From: Lingula anatina
Lineage: Eukaryota; Animalia; Brachiopoda
NCBI GenBank assembly: GCA_051362555.1
Contig: CM120642.1
Coordinates: forward strand, 25,296,001-25,360,000
Length of the DNA: 64,000 bases
Direction of reading: 5' to 3'
Shown piece by piece: positions 12,409 through 22,951 of this stretch. Position 1 is the stretch's first letter. Each line of letters opens with the position of its first letter. The notes below the pieces were generated by a model. That model was not told where the DNA came from. It worked only from the letters and a program-made list of their open reading frames with translations, and ran no database searches. The translations under genes were made by a program, and so were the position numbers.

Positions 12409-15400
12409 TCAGGACTGGTGAGACACCACGAGCCAACTGAGGACAAAGTAGAACAGAAAAATGGGGTAGATAGCCAGCGCCTTTCTGTTGGGAAGCTGGT
12501 ACTCTGTGAGGAATGCTGTTGATGCTGGAATAAATGTAAAAGAACGATGAAAAAGATTTCTAATATGTTCCAGTGAAAAATTGCCAATCTGCTGGTGAAA
12601 ATATCATGGATCAACCAACTGTGGTATTACTTTATAAAAACAATGAATTTAAAACTTTGTAGACGAATGCAGTCTCGATTAAAAAACTCAATTTGTACCA
12701 CAACTTTAACTAAACAGAAAAAACAAATTAAAGATATGAATGTCAAGAAAAAAAGGTATAATTTTTTTTCAAAAAGACAAAAAGATAAGATTCAATAAGA
12801 AATAAAAAAACACATGTACAAAATGCTCAAAACAGATTTCGCTCCTTAAAAAGAACTTACCAAAAGTAGACCAGAGAAAAGCCACCAGCACAGTGACACA
12901 CCTCACAGTGAACATGGCGGTGGTGTGTGGACCTAGCAGTATCAGCTTACACACTATCAGAGCCAGGGTCAGGGGAAGTGCACAGTACCCCAACACACAG
13001 ATACTTTGAAAGAATGAGCTGGAAATATAAAACAAGTAATGATAAACATACATATCAGGCATGTTATTTATTCTATAACTGATTTATTAAAAGGGTACAA
13101 CTCTAACTACTAACGACATTTGTATTGTAACATATATTTGCTATCTAAAGAAATTGCTCAAGTTAATTCCTATATTGGTTCAAATTTGAACATTACTCTC
13201 TAGCATAACTGTTAAAAGAACAACAGATCTCAATTAACGCAAACTAAAACCTTCATATAATATCTAACTAGTATGTGCTATGCTTATCAAAACAAAACAT
13301 AAGGGCACTACTAAACCAGTATCTTCATACCTAAAATATTTTACATTTGAATCATATTAGATTTTAAAATCATGACCCTTAAAAAAAAAAGATAATGTAG
13401 AGCTTGAGTGCGACCTGATACTTACATTGAGCCCCCTAAAAGTTTGGTATTCAGTGTCACCACTACGGCACCAACCCAGTAAATCACAAAGACCTCAGCA
13501 AATTCAGGACCCCCGTCATTCACCTTGTCCACTGTGTCTGAACTCTGGAGTAGCCTAGACCAATGGATTATATATTATATATGTTTCACTTTACGAAATA
13601 TGCTGTGCTTAAATCATATCTGACGAGATACAGAACTGTGACAAGTGGACAACTGCTCCAACAGTTCAAGGAAAGAAGAGGGGAAATAATACAATGAGGT
13701 ATGCAAAAATTAATTTCCAAACTTATCAGTATTATACTTTTTCATTTTATACCAGGGACAAAACAGTGCATTTACCAGAAAGTAAACTTACATAGCTAAT
13801 ATCACACAAAGTATTAATGGACCCCAAAGATCCCCTGAAAATAAAAAGACAATAATAATTATAATTACAATTAAAATTTTTGTCAATCTGAGGTACGTAT
13901 AAATTTTCTTGCACATTATTGCAATATCAATAAATTCATCCTTTTATTTTAGTCCTATTTTTTCTTTTAAAAAATAGGGAAAAAGAGAAGTATTTAAATT
14001 AAAAAGAAATATGGCTGTTGGCCACAAAATTACATACGTTACTGAAACATACGTAAGGGGACAGAATTCTTACATTCTTGAAGTAAAGCTCTGCTCTGTT
14101 TTGGGTAAAGAACGTGGAAAAACTTGTTTCCCACTGCTTTCAGATCTCGCATCTGCACCAAAAAAAAAGCAGTTGATAAACAACAAGACACAAAGTATCA
14201 AATGCCCAGTGTAAACTGATAGAATCTGGATAAGGTGTAAACAACAACAGAGCAAACATATTGGTTTTAATCATTTACAAATCACGTAAAAAATTACCAT
14301 ATATATTCATAATTGTGAAATACCTCTAACCACGAGAATCCAAACATTCATTACACATTTTAACAACTAAAACTTCACCAAATTAAAAAAAAATTATGAC
14401 ATATAGACACAATGCCCAATTCAATCTTCCTCCGTACCACAGTCTCTCTGACAGGTTCATCTAGTGTGGAAGGCTGCTCCTCGTCCTCATCCTCGCCCTG
14501 ACCAGGTGCCCCGGGGACTGTGATATCCCCCTCCAGGGACACATCATTCAGGTGGGTCTGGAAAGAAGAAAGATGCTTTAAATTTTACCTGTTTTTCCAC
14601 AAATAAATACCTGATAATACTTATCCCATATTTCTCTACAAATAAATAAATAAATAATAATATTTAACAATGTACATGAAGTTTCGCTACAAATAAATTA
14701 CTAATGATGGGGAATAAAATAAATAAATAAATAAATAAATAAATACTTTTTGTTTGACACTGGGCTCTGGCCATAACAAGTAATTGTGACTGATTGGTGA
14801 AAAATAAGCCTTGTGACTATATAACAATGCACTTTAGAGACACCAGTGATACAACATATATTCAGTCTCACTTCATATCTAGACTGCAACTGCAAAAATA
14901 ATGCTTAATTTGAAGATACTAAATATTACCTTTAATTACTTAATGTATACAATAGATATAGCACATTCTTCTTCCAGATTCAGTTATTCATACATACAGG
15001 CAATTGTCCAGTTTATGCTACATGTATAACTATTTTAATAGTGAATTAAAATTCACACTGCTGTACATTTTGTAGAGCTTGCCAATAAAGTATCTTACCA
15101 TTTCACCACATTTATAATAATGGAGTGAGTCACCATACCCTAAAATTAAGGCTTTTAAAGAAGCAATAAAAAAACCACAGAAAAATCCCAAAAATAGAGG
15201 AAAAATCACCCCAAAAAAGGTTAAGTAAATAGATTAGTGAAAACAACTAAATTATTCTTGAAAAATATATACCAGTACAGTATTTAAATCCATCCTAACC
15301 CATTCTAGGAGAGGACATAACAGGGGAACTTAAAATGCAGTATGATACTTAAAACTATTTGTTAAAACTTTATTTGTTAACATCAAATAAAACCACTGAT

Positions 15401-16206
15401 CCCATATCAAGCACATTCCCTGTTTTCCGTGGTATTAAAAACCACAGTAAACTGTTCCACACTGAGGAAGCAACAATACTATGTAAGTTACATTGAAGAA
15501 GCTACAATGAAATATATTACAGTGTCATGAGTCTTCAAGTCCTCAGGTTTTGGGTGACTAGTGTCAGGCTCTGATGCATTCTCTTTCTTCTCATGAGCAT
15601 TCTAAATATGTCCATGAAAATTGTTCACTTCATCAATTCTAATATAACTTATATAGCAGCCAATCATCTATGGTATGAGTCACAATTTTATGCCGTTAAT
15701 TAAGCACAGATCTATGACTTTTATTTTTTTAAACCCATCTCACATGTTATTAGAAATTTTACTATTTATACTGATGCTCTGTACTTTACCCACCCCCCCT
15801 TTCAATCCCACCTCCCCCCCCCCCCCCCAACAACACACAAACGAATCTTCACTCCAAGCAAAAGCAACATGCAGTAGTGAGTCTGTAGTGTAACTGTCCA
15901 TAGTCCTAACTTGTACAACGACTCAACAGCACAGTCAATTTGACGGTCGAATGTTTAACTGTGCATCTGACATCCATGAAATTCTGACAATGACAATTGA
16001 CATTGAGTGACATGCACCGTCATTCGTCAACATGGATTGTCTTCTGTCAGACCACTAACTATGTTCTTATCATTTGACAGGATATGTGAAATAATGAAAG
16101 CATGTTTTGTCGCGTGGTTTTGCCTTCCTTTATTTTACTAGTGTACAAACAATCATTCTAGTTGATAATTTTCATTATTTACCTGCTGGAACTCCACGTC
16201 AGCCAT
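12409..16206 (-). CDS. YIPF6: Yip1-domain family member 6 (YIPF6), seven coding exons
   Basis: Exons 16206-16183 (MADVEFQQ), 14557-14438 (..STLDEPVRETV), 14152-14074 (MRDLKAVGNKFFHVLYPK), 13834-13792 (WDLWGPLILCV), 13554-13426 (GGPEFAEVFVIYWVGAVVVTLNTKLLGG), 13018-12861 (SFFQSICVLGYCALP) and 12524-12409 (NRKALAIYPIFLFYFVLSW..*). Phases are consistent. Confidence 0.93.
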
Positions 16207-16284
16207 GCTGGTTGAAGACGGAAGTCGGTTGCATTGTGGGACTGCCGTTTCCAAAAATAAACACATGTGCACAAGCACTACAAC

Positions 16285-19200
16285 ATGAGGGTGAAGAATC
16301 TTCTTGGTTTTATTGCAAAATGTGGTTTGATGTATGCACTGTTGTGTCCTGCAAATTGTAATGAAGAAGAATCGGAATTTACGGACAAAATGGACGCAAA
16401 CATGGACTTTCGTGGTGGTGGAGAGAACATGGCGACAGCGATTTGTATCCTAATATTTGGAACACATTTGAAAATCGGCTGAGTAGTTGGGGGGGGGGGG
16501 GTAAAGAGGGGTTGCTAAATTGAATTTTGAATGTAAATCGTTAAAATATTGGAAATAGAAGACGGCCTAAATCCGCCCCTGTATATTACTTTAAAAATCG
16601 AAATCCCTAATGAGTAATGTATTTCTCAACTCAGCTGTATCATTTTGAAATGCAAAATATGGAAATGCACCTTGACTTAGAACAGATAAGAAAATGTTTA
16701 AGCACAAGAGAGCAGCACAAGTGGATGCGGTGAAGAAAATCCTTGCTTTCAACAATTACGAAAAACAATACAAGATGGTTTCAAAAGTATTTGAGAATCT
16801 CTTCCAGGTGATTAAATTTTATGCTTTAGATGGACAGTTTGATGTTATAGCTTTTCGGGGGGGGGGGGGGAGGGGGGGATGTTGAATTTTGTTTGTTGCT
16901 TAAAGGGATAATAACTCTTTGTATGAGATCTATATATCACAATAAAAACAATGTGAATAACTCACAGAAATATAATATATTCTGTTTTACCACAAAAACG
17001 GCAGTTATAGCTATTATTCTGATATCTGAGCTTGCCTTTAGACCACGTGACCTCCATTGATGGCTATACTCTGTTAAAATCTCTTAAGAGATTTTAACAA
17101 AAAGCCGAACTTTTTATAAAAAAACCAGGGACTAACTGTGAATGTAAAATGGATTCATGAACCATTGGTAAGTATGGGAAAATTGTTGTTTCATCATCAT
17201 CATCATTGCTCTTCGTCCCGCGTGGTACATAAGGCCACAGTCACTTCTTTCCATTTGGCCCTGTCTCTGGCTACGTGCTGGGCCTGTCCCCATGTAAGGT
17301 CCCCCTCCCTCAGCTCTGCCATCATTGTTCGGCGCCAGGTGGTCTTGGGCCTTCCTCTCTTTCTTTTTCCGGGTGGTGTCCATCTCAGAGCTACCTTTGG
17401 TACTCTGTTCTCGTCCATCCTAAGTACATGGCCGAGCCATTTAAATCGCCGTCGCTTGATCTGCCCTACAATACTCTGGCTCCCTGTCAGTATGTACAGG
17501 TCATGATTGGAGATCTTATTTGGCCAGAATATGCGGCAGATCCTGCGGAGACACCTGTTATGGAAGGACTCTACTCTGCTCATGTCAGACTTTGTAACTC
17601 TCCAACATTCAGACCCGTAGAGCAGAACAGACTTCACATTGCTGTTGTAAAGATGGACTTTGGTGTGTAAGCTGTACTGCTCTGACTTCCAGATTGTGCG
17701 GAGTCTAGCGAATGAACTCTGGGCCTTGCCAAGTCTTGCCCTGATGTCCTTCTGAGCCCCGTTGTCTTTGCTGATTAGACTGCCCAGATATGTGAAGTCA
17801 TCGACAGACTCAAGTGGTTTCCCACTGACGGTGATAGGTGCTGTCGTACTGTTGTTAATGCACATGACCTGGGTTTTGGTGGTGCTGATGGCAAGTCCCG
17901 CTTGTGCAGCAAAGCTACTCAGACGGTCAGTCTTCTCCTGGAGATGGCTGTGTTTGGAGGACAGGAGGGCAAGGTCATCAGCAAAGTCAAGGTCTTCTAG
18001 CTGGGATAGAAGAGTCCATTGGATGCCTCTGGGTTTGTCGGATGTTGTTTTTCTCATGACCCAGTCGATGGTTACAAGGAAGAGAATTGGGGACAAGATA
18101 CAGCCTTGACGTACACCTGAATCCACTGGGAACCACTCCGTCAGGGTATTGTCCAAGATAACACTACATTGGAAGTGGTTGTAAAACACGCTGATTAGAG
18201 TGGTAATCTTAGGTGGTACACCATATGACAGCAGTATTTTCCACAATGTCTCCCGGTGCACACTGTCAAAGGCTTTCTTGAAGTCGACAAAGTTGATGTA
18301 AAGAGGCGTGTTCCACTCCAGGCACTGCTCGATGATGTTGCGCAGGGCGAAGATCTGGTCAATGCATCCCCTGCCTTTCCGGAAACCTGCTTGCTCCTCT
18401 CTGAGTCTGGAGTCAATGGCTCGGTCAATACGCTTCAGCAGAACTCGACAGAAGATCTTGCTGGGGATGGATAGGAGAGTGATCCCACGCCAGTTGTCAC
18501 ATTCGTGGAGGTTGCCTTTCTTGGGGAGCTTTACAATGAGACCCTTTGTCCAATCGTCTGGTATCGTGTCCTTCTCCCAGATGGTACTGAAGAGGTCAGT
18601 CAGCAAGTTTGTGGCCATGCCAACATCAGCTTTCAGCATTTCTGCATGGATGTTGTCAATGCCAGAAGCTTTGCCGTTTTTCATAGCAATGATAGCATTC
18701 CTGACTTCCTCCCTGGTGGGCGGATCTGTGTTGATGTCCAGGATACCATCTGTGGGTGTGAGATTAGCTGGTTCACTGGGGTCAGGGTGGTTAAGGACCT
18801 CCCTGAAGTGCTGAACCCACCGTGCTGCTTGCTCGCGCTCTGTGGACAGAGTGTTACCGTTCCTGTCTTTCACCGGAGCAGAATGGTTGTTGTTGTGGCT
18901 TCCGCTAAGCTGTTTGGTGATCTTGTAGACAGTACCCATGTCACCTTGTGCTGCTGCCTGTTCAGCCTCACTAGCTAGCTTTTCCACAAAGGCTCTCTTG
19001 TCACTCCTAGCACTTTTCTTCACCTCCTTATCCTTGCTCTTGTAGGCTGCTCTGTCTTGTTCTACGAGCCTAGGTGATTTGGTATTCAACAGCTTCTCTT
19101 TCAGGATTCTCCTTTCATCAATAAGCTTCCATGTTTCTGGTGTTAACCATTCCTTGTTCTTCTTCTTCTTGAAACCAAGGACTGCTTCTGCTGTGGTGCA

Positions 19201-22200
19201 GTAAGTACTCTTGATGGTATCCCATTTCTGGCTGACATTGACTGCTTCAATCCTATCTTCTCCTGCTAGAGCGCTGAAAAGGTTCTTCAGCTCGAGAACA
19301 AATGCAGTCTTGGTACGAGGACACTTGAGTTTGGAGATGTCCAGTTGTTTCCGCTTCCGTTGTTGACTCTGTGGAATGACCTTCCGGAGTTTCAGCCTGA
19401 TGGAGGAGGCGACAAGGAAGTGGTCACTGTTGGCATCAGCTCCCCGGTAAACTCGAACATCTTTAAGGGACTTTCGCCACTTGCCATTGATAATGATGTG
19501 GTCGATCTGGTTTGTTGTGGTTCCATCAGGTGATGTCCAAGTGAGCTTATGAATGGTCTTGTGCGGGAAAATGGTTCCTCCAATGACCAGCCTGTTGTTC
19601 ATACAGAAGTCAACCAGGTGTTCACCGTTCTCATTCATCACCCCACATCCATGGGGCCCCATCACTCTCTCAGAGTTAGAATTGTCAGCTCCCACTTTTG
19701 CATTAAGGTCACCAATGACTAGGAGTAGGTCGTGCTGTGGGACTCTTGATACTGCCACTTGTAGTTGCTCATACCAGTCATCTTTCACATCAGCCTCAGC
19801 GTCGTTAGTTGGTGCGTAGCACTGAATGATAGTGAGCTTACAGTACTTTGAGTCAAAACGCGCTCTAACAATCCGCTCACTGATAGGCTCCCATTCCACG
19901 AGAGTTCTGGCCTTCTCTCGAGAGAGAATGATGGCTACCCCATGACTGTGTGTGCTCTCGTGTCCAGAGTACAGGATAAGTGAGCCATCGTTTGTCGTGA
20001 GACGTCCTGATCCTATCCAACGGCATTCGCTGATACCCAGGATGTCTAGTCGGTATCTCTTCATCTCATTGATAACTTGAGCTGTTTTGGAGGTCTCAAA
20101 CATGGTGCGGACATTCCATGCCCCAACACGAAGGATGGATTTGGGCCCCAGTGCATCCGACTTCGCACTCCTGACTTCCGGTGGTGGGCTTTCATCAGAA
20201 ATGGTCATAGTGTCGTGGTCTTGACTCGAATACACTGAGGTCCTAGTTGAAGTAGAAGTTTTTGTGGTTTCTGTAACAATTAATTTGAACCGGGAGGGTT
20301 GTTGGCCCCCCGCGGTAGGTTTTATGTCAGGGTTTTCCTTCCCATAGCCAGAGCCTCGTTAGCCTAGGCCCGCTAGGACCTAGTTTCCAGGGTGTACCAC
20401 GGGGAGGAGAGGTTGACTTGAGTGATCTACGGGTCACCGGCAAGCTACTTAAATTTCACCTTTCGCCCTTGTGGACTAGCCGGCCTTAACAACACTGGAT
20501 GTGAAGCCAAGCGCATGAACACCCCTACACCCCAAAATTGTTGTTTACTCCAGGAAAATTCATTTTTTGGCCGAAACGAAGAGTTATTATCCCTTTAATA
20601 TACCCAAATTATGCAGTACTGGTATGTTTACAACAGTGCTTCAGTATCATGTGGATTACTTAGACTCAGAATAATAGTAATCTTTTTTTTTTTCTAAAAA
20701 ATAAAGCGTTTCACATGCATTTCATAGCAATGTACAATGTAAAAATAATAAATTAGTAATATAACAAAATTACAAAACAATATTAACAATTGTGTTGTTA
20801 AAGTAATGATTTTAAAATTATTAATTAAATGTAGTACAAAATGCTGAGGTACTTGTTTCCAGCTACATTGAAAATTTGATCCTACAGTGTCAGTTTATCA
20901 TATACTAAGGCTTATAGTTTTATTGCACCCTTTCTATTTCAGATGCTAGCTGCTTCCAAGTTGACTTTGATGCAGTCTGGTTTCACTCCAGGTGACCCTA
21001 TACCTACAAAGAATATGACCCTCAGAGATGGTAAGTACACCATCCATACCCCTGTACATGTACAAGGGTCATGTTAGCATGAAAATTATTCCTTAGAAAT
21101 TTAAATTTGTTTACTTTTTTATATCAGCATGTATAGTAGCTACTAGTACCAAAAATGTAATTTGAAGTTCTAAGGAATGATTTTCCTGCTAGAGCCATAT
21201 TGGTACCAGCATATCAACATTTATAAGCTCATTTTGCCTCAAAGAAAGGTCAGTGCACATTGTCATGAGTTTAGAGAGGAGAAAGCACAGTGGAGATCTT
21301 GAAGCATGTATTTTTTATTCTGGTCCTCTGCTACATAAACAATGTAATTCTGCCAAATGAAGTAATGGTGACAAACTCATGTATGCACACAAAAACATTT
21401 ATCATCATGTGGATTGCTGTTTAATGCTAGATACTGTCAAATGCTAGATGCTGTTGAAGTTGCATATTAATTAAATTACTTTGAATGAAATTTGCTGTAA
21501 ATACATTATCAGCTCTAAAAGTTCAATCTTTGCCCAATTGTTTTTACATTTGCTTTATTTGTCTCAAGCTAGTTTTATGGCTGTTTTTGCCCAGTTGTCT
21601 CTTCATTTTATTATATATAGCTCTATTTGTCTCATGGTAGTTTCATAGCAGTTAATATTGAAACATGTAAACCACACTTATGTTGCATTATTTATGGCAA
21701 TCCTGAATGAATATTGTATTGCCATATTGCACACATCGGATTTTTTTTTTTTCAGCACATTCCCATGTTTTAGAAAACACAGCATTCTTCGGGGACATCA
21801 TTCTTAGAATGCCAGATATAAGTCATAAATTGATAGACAAGAAAAAAGAATGGCAGCTTCTCATTGGGTGGAGTGTGGCATTTTGCAATGAATCCAAGAT
21901 ATTTGAAGGACCTAATCTTAAGATGTTGAATCTGGTAATTATAATGATTTCCTTTTATATTGACTGAAAAATTCAGTGATATCTTACATGTAATAATTAT
22001 TTTATTGTCACTAAGTGACCAGAATATTCATTATTGATAGGCTTAAACCCTTTTCATTATTTCTTTTCAGAATTGTCTGGTTACAGTTAGGTAAAGACAG
22101 GAGCAGATTCAGAGATATTTTCTGACAGTCTTCCAAATTATCTTTGTTGATCCGTTCCTCATTTTTGACCGTCTTCCGACAGAAAAAAATTGGATACCCG

Positions 22201-22951
22201 TCAATGTAAACTTGAAAATCTGACCGTCTTCCGGAAGACCCAGAAGACGCCCTAAATCTGCCCCTGAAAGACATTAAAAATTTGCTACCAAGCAATATAT
22301 AAACTAATGTTTTGAAAAGAAGAATAATTGTTGTGATGTACTATTTTAGATTTGACTCCAGCGGGTCTTGGTTTTAGAATAAAGACTTCAAATATTTATA
22401 ATATTTATATGATTATTGTTTAATTATTCCTTACATTTTTGTTACTTTCAAGATGGCACAAGAGATGAATTTAGTGGACAGAGACCCAGCATATGTGAAC
22501 CCCTATACCTCGGGAAACAAGAAGGTGGGTTAATATGAAAAAGGATGGCATGACAGTGTGGTAAATTTGTTAAAATTAATGAGAACAATTGGCTTTTCCT
22601 GCACAAAAGACCTTGTCAAATGCTAGATACTGTTAAAGTTGCCTTTGGAGCCTGTTTTGACCTAAAAGACTTGGATGTGTCTTGGAGAATTTAATTTAGT
22701 TAAAGTTTTATCCTTGCTGCTATATGTTGAAGTAGGATGTAACATGTTAGAGTTATACTAACCAATTTCCTTTCACGATGAGAAAAATTACTAACACTTA
22801 TCTTCTCTTTCTTATTTGTAAATATCAGCTCTTGAAAGATTTAGAAGTGCAAGATGACCAGAAAGTGGACATTAAGAAAAACAAGAAGAAAAAGAAGAAA
22901 GACAAGAACAGAGGACCTAGAATGAGTGGACCTGTGCATAATGAGCTATAG
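16285..22951 (+). CDS. CCDC134: CCDC134, ER-luminal protein, six coding exons
   Basis: Exons 16285-16444 (signal peptide-like), 16686-16807 (YKKMFKHKRAAQ...QYKMV..LFQ), 20943-21030, 21756-21934 (SHVLENTAFFGDIILRMP...W...FCN), 22453-22524 (MAQE...NPY) and 22829-22951 (KKKKKK..RGPRMS..HNEL*). Matches recalled CCDC134 motifs and ends in a KDEL-like signal. Confidence 0.9.
16445..16685 (+). other. U12-type (minor spliceosome) GT-AG intron 1 of CCDC134
   Basis: 5' site is GTATCCTA (U12 consensus GTATCCTT). Branch-like CCTTGAC at 16670-16676 lies about 10 nt before the AG, with no polypyrimidine tract. Confidence 0.8.
17203..20208 (-). CDS. RTE ORF: APE-like endonuclease plus reverse transcriptase (~1000 aa)
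   Basis: EN motifs WNVRT, GISECRW, YAPT, GDLNAKVG, QIDHI, SDH. RT motifs QAGFRKGR, DFKKAFDSV, GVRQGCILSP, FADD, YLGS. RTE-type C-terminus GKRKRGRPKTTW. First ATG is at 20208; the ORF track starts at a GTG at 20235. Confidence 0.95.
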   Translation of the reverse strand: MTISDESPPPEVRSAKSDALGPKSILRVGAWNVRTMFETSKTAQVINEMKRYRLDILGISECRWIGSGRLTTNDGSLILYSGHESTHSHGVAIILSREKARTLVEWEPISERIVRARFDSKYCKLTIIQCYAPTNDAEADVKDDWYEQLQVAVSRVPQHDLLLVIGDLNAKVGADNSNSERVMGPHGCGVMNENGEHLVDFCMNNRLVIGGTIFPHKTIHKLTWTSPDGTTTNQIDHIIINGKWRKSLKDVRVYRGADANSDHFLVASSIRLKLRKVIPQSQQRKRKQLDISKLKCPRTKTAFVLELKNLFSALAGEDRIEAVNVSQKWDTIKSTYCTTAEAVLGFKKKKNKEWLTPETWKLIDERRILKEKLLNTKSPRLVEQDRAAYKSKDKEVKKSARSDKRAFVEKLASEAEQAAAQGDMGTVYKITKQLSGSHNNNHSAPVKDRNGNTLSTEREQAARWVQHFREVLNHPDPSEPANLTPTDGILDINTDPPTREEVRNAIIAMKNGKASGIDNIHAEMLKADVGMATNLLTDLFSTIWEKDTIPDDWTKGLIVKLPKKGNLHECDNWRGITLLSIPSKIFCRVLLKRIDRAIDSRLREEQAGFRKGRGCIDQIFALRNIIEQCLEWNTPLYINFVDFKKAFDSVHRETLWKILLSYGVPPKITTLISVFYNHFQCSVILDNTLTEWFPVDSGVRQGCILSPILFLVTIDWVMRKTTSDKPRGIQWTLLSQLEDLDFADDLALLSSKHSHLQEKTDRLSSFAAQAGLAISTTKTQVMCINNSTTAPITVSGKPLESVDDFTYLGSLISKDNGAQKDIRARLGKAQSSFARLRTIWKSEQYSLHTKVHLYNSNVKSVLLYGSECWRVTKSDMSRVESFHNRCLRRICRIFWPNKISNHDLYILTGSQSIVGQIKRRRFKWLGHVLRMDENRVPKVALRWTPPGKRKRGRPKTTWRRTMMAELREGDLTWGQAQHVARDRAKWKEVTVALCTTRDEEQ
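20354..20533 (-). ncRNA. HDV-like self-cleaving ribozyme at the 5' end of the RTE element
   Basis: Minus-strand RNA folds as P1 GGGGUGU/ACACCCU (G1-U wobble), a 114-nt J1/2, P2 CCUC/GAGG, P3 (U)CC/GG(U), L3 UCCCCGU, P1.1 CC/GG, P4 CUAGGUCC-UAGC-GGGCCUAG and J4/2 GCUAA containing the catalytic-position C. G1 abuts the TSD. Confidence 0.85.

Larger units (their letters stand above)
17192..20533 (-). mobile_element. Full-length RTE-clade non-LTR retrotransposon
   Basis: 13-bp TSD AAAATTGTTGTTT at 17179-17191 and 20534-20546, a short (TGA)n 3' tail, a ~325-nt 5' leader and one uninterrupted EN+RT ORF. Confidence 0.95.
16904..20594. mobile_element. TTAA-flanked non-autonomous DNA element (Kolobok/T2-MITE-like), split by the RTE insertion into 16904-17191 and 20534-20594
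   Basis: TIRs AGGGATAATAACTCTT / AAGAGTTATTATCCCT, with TTAA at 16900-16903 and 20595-20598. An uninterrupted copy occurs in reverse orientation at 60722-61059. Confidence 0.88.

Noticed and set aside
17138-19819. Multiple + strand ORFs over the retrotransposon
   Set aside because: They are antisense to the RTE ORF, with no motifs or splice support.
22110-22267. Fragments ending TAAATC(C/T)GCC(C/A)CTG (also ~16568 and ~56026)
   Set aside because: Probably single ends of a common MITE family, but no partner TIR or TSD was found, so boundaries cannot be supported.
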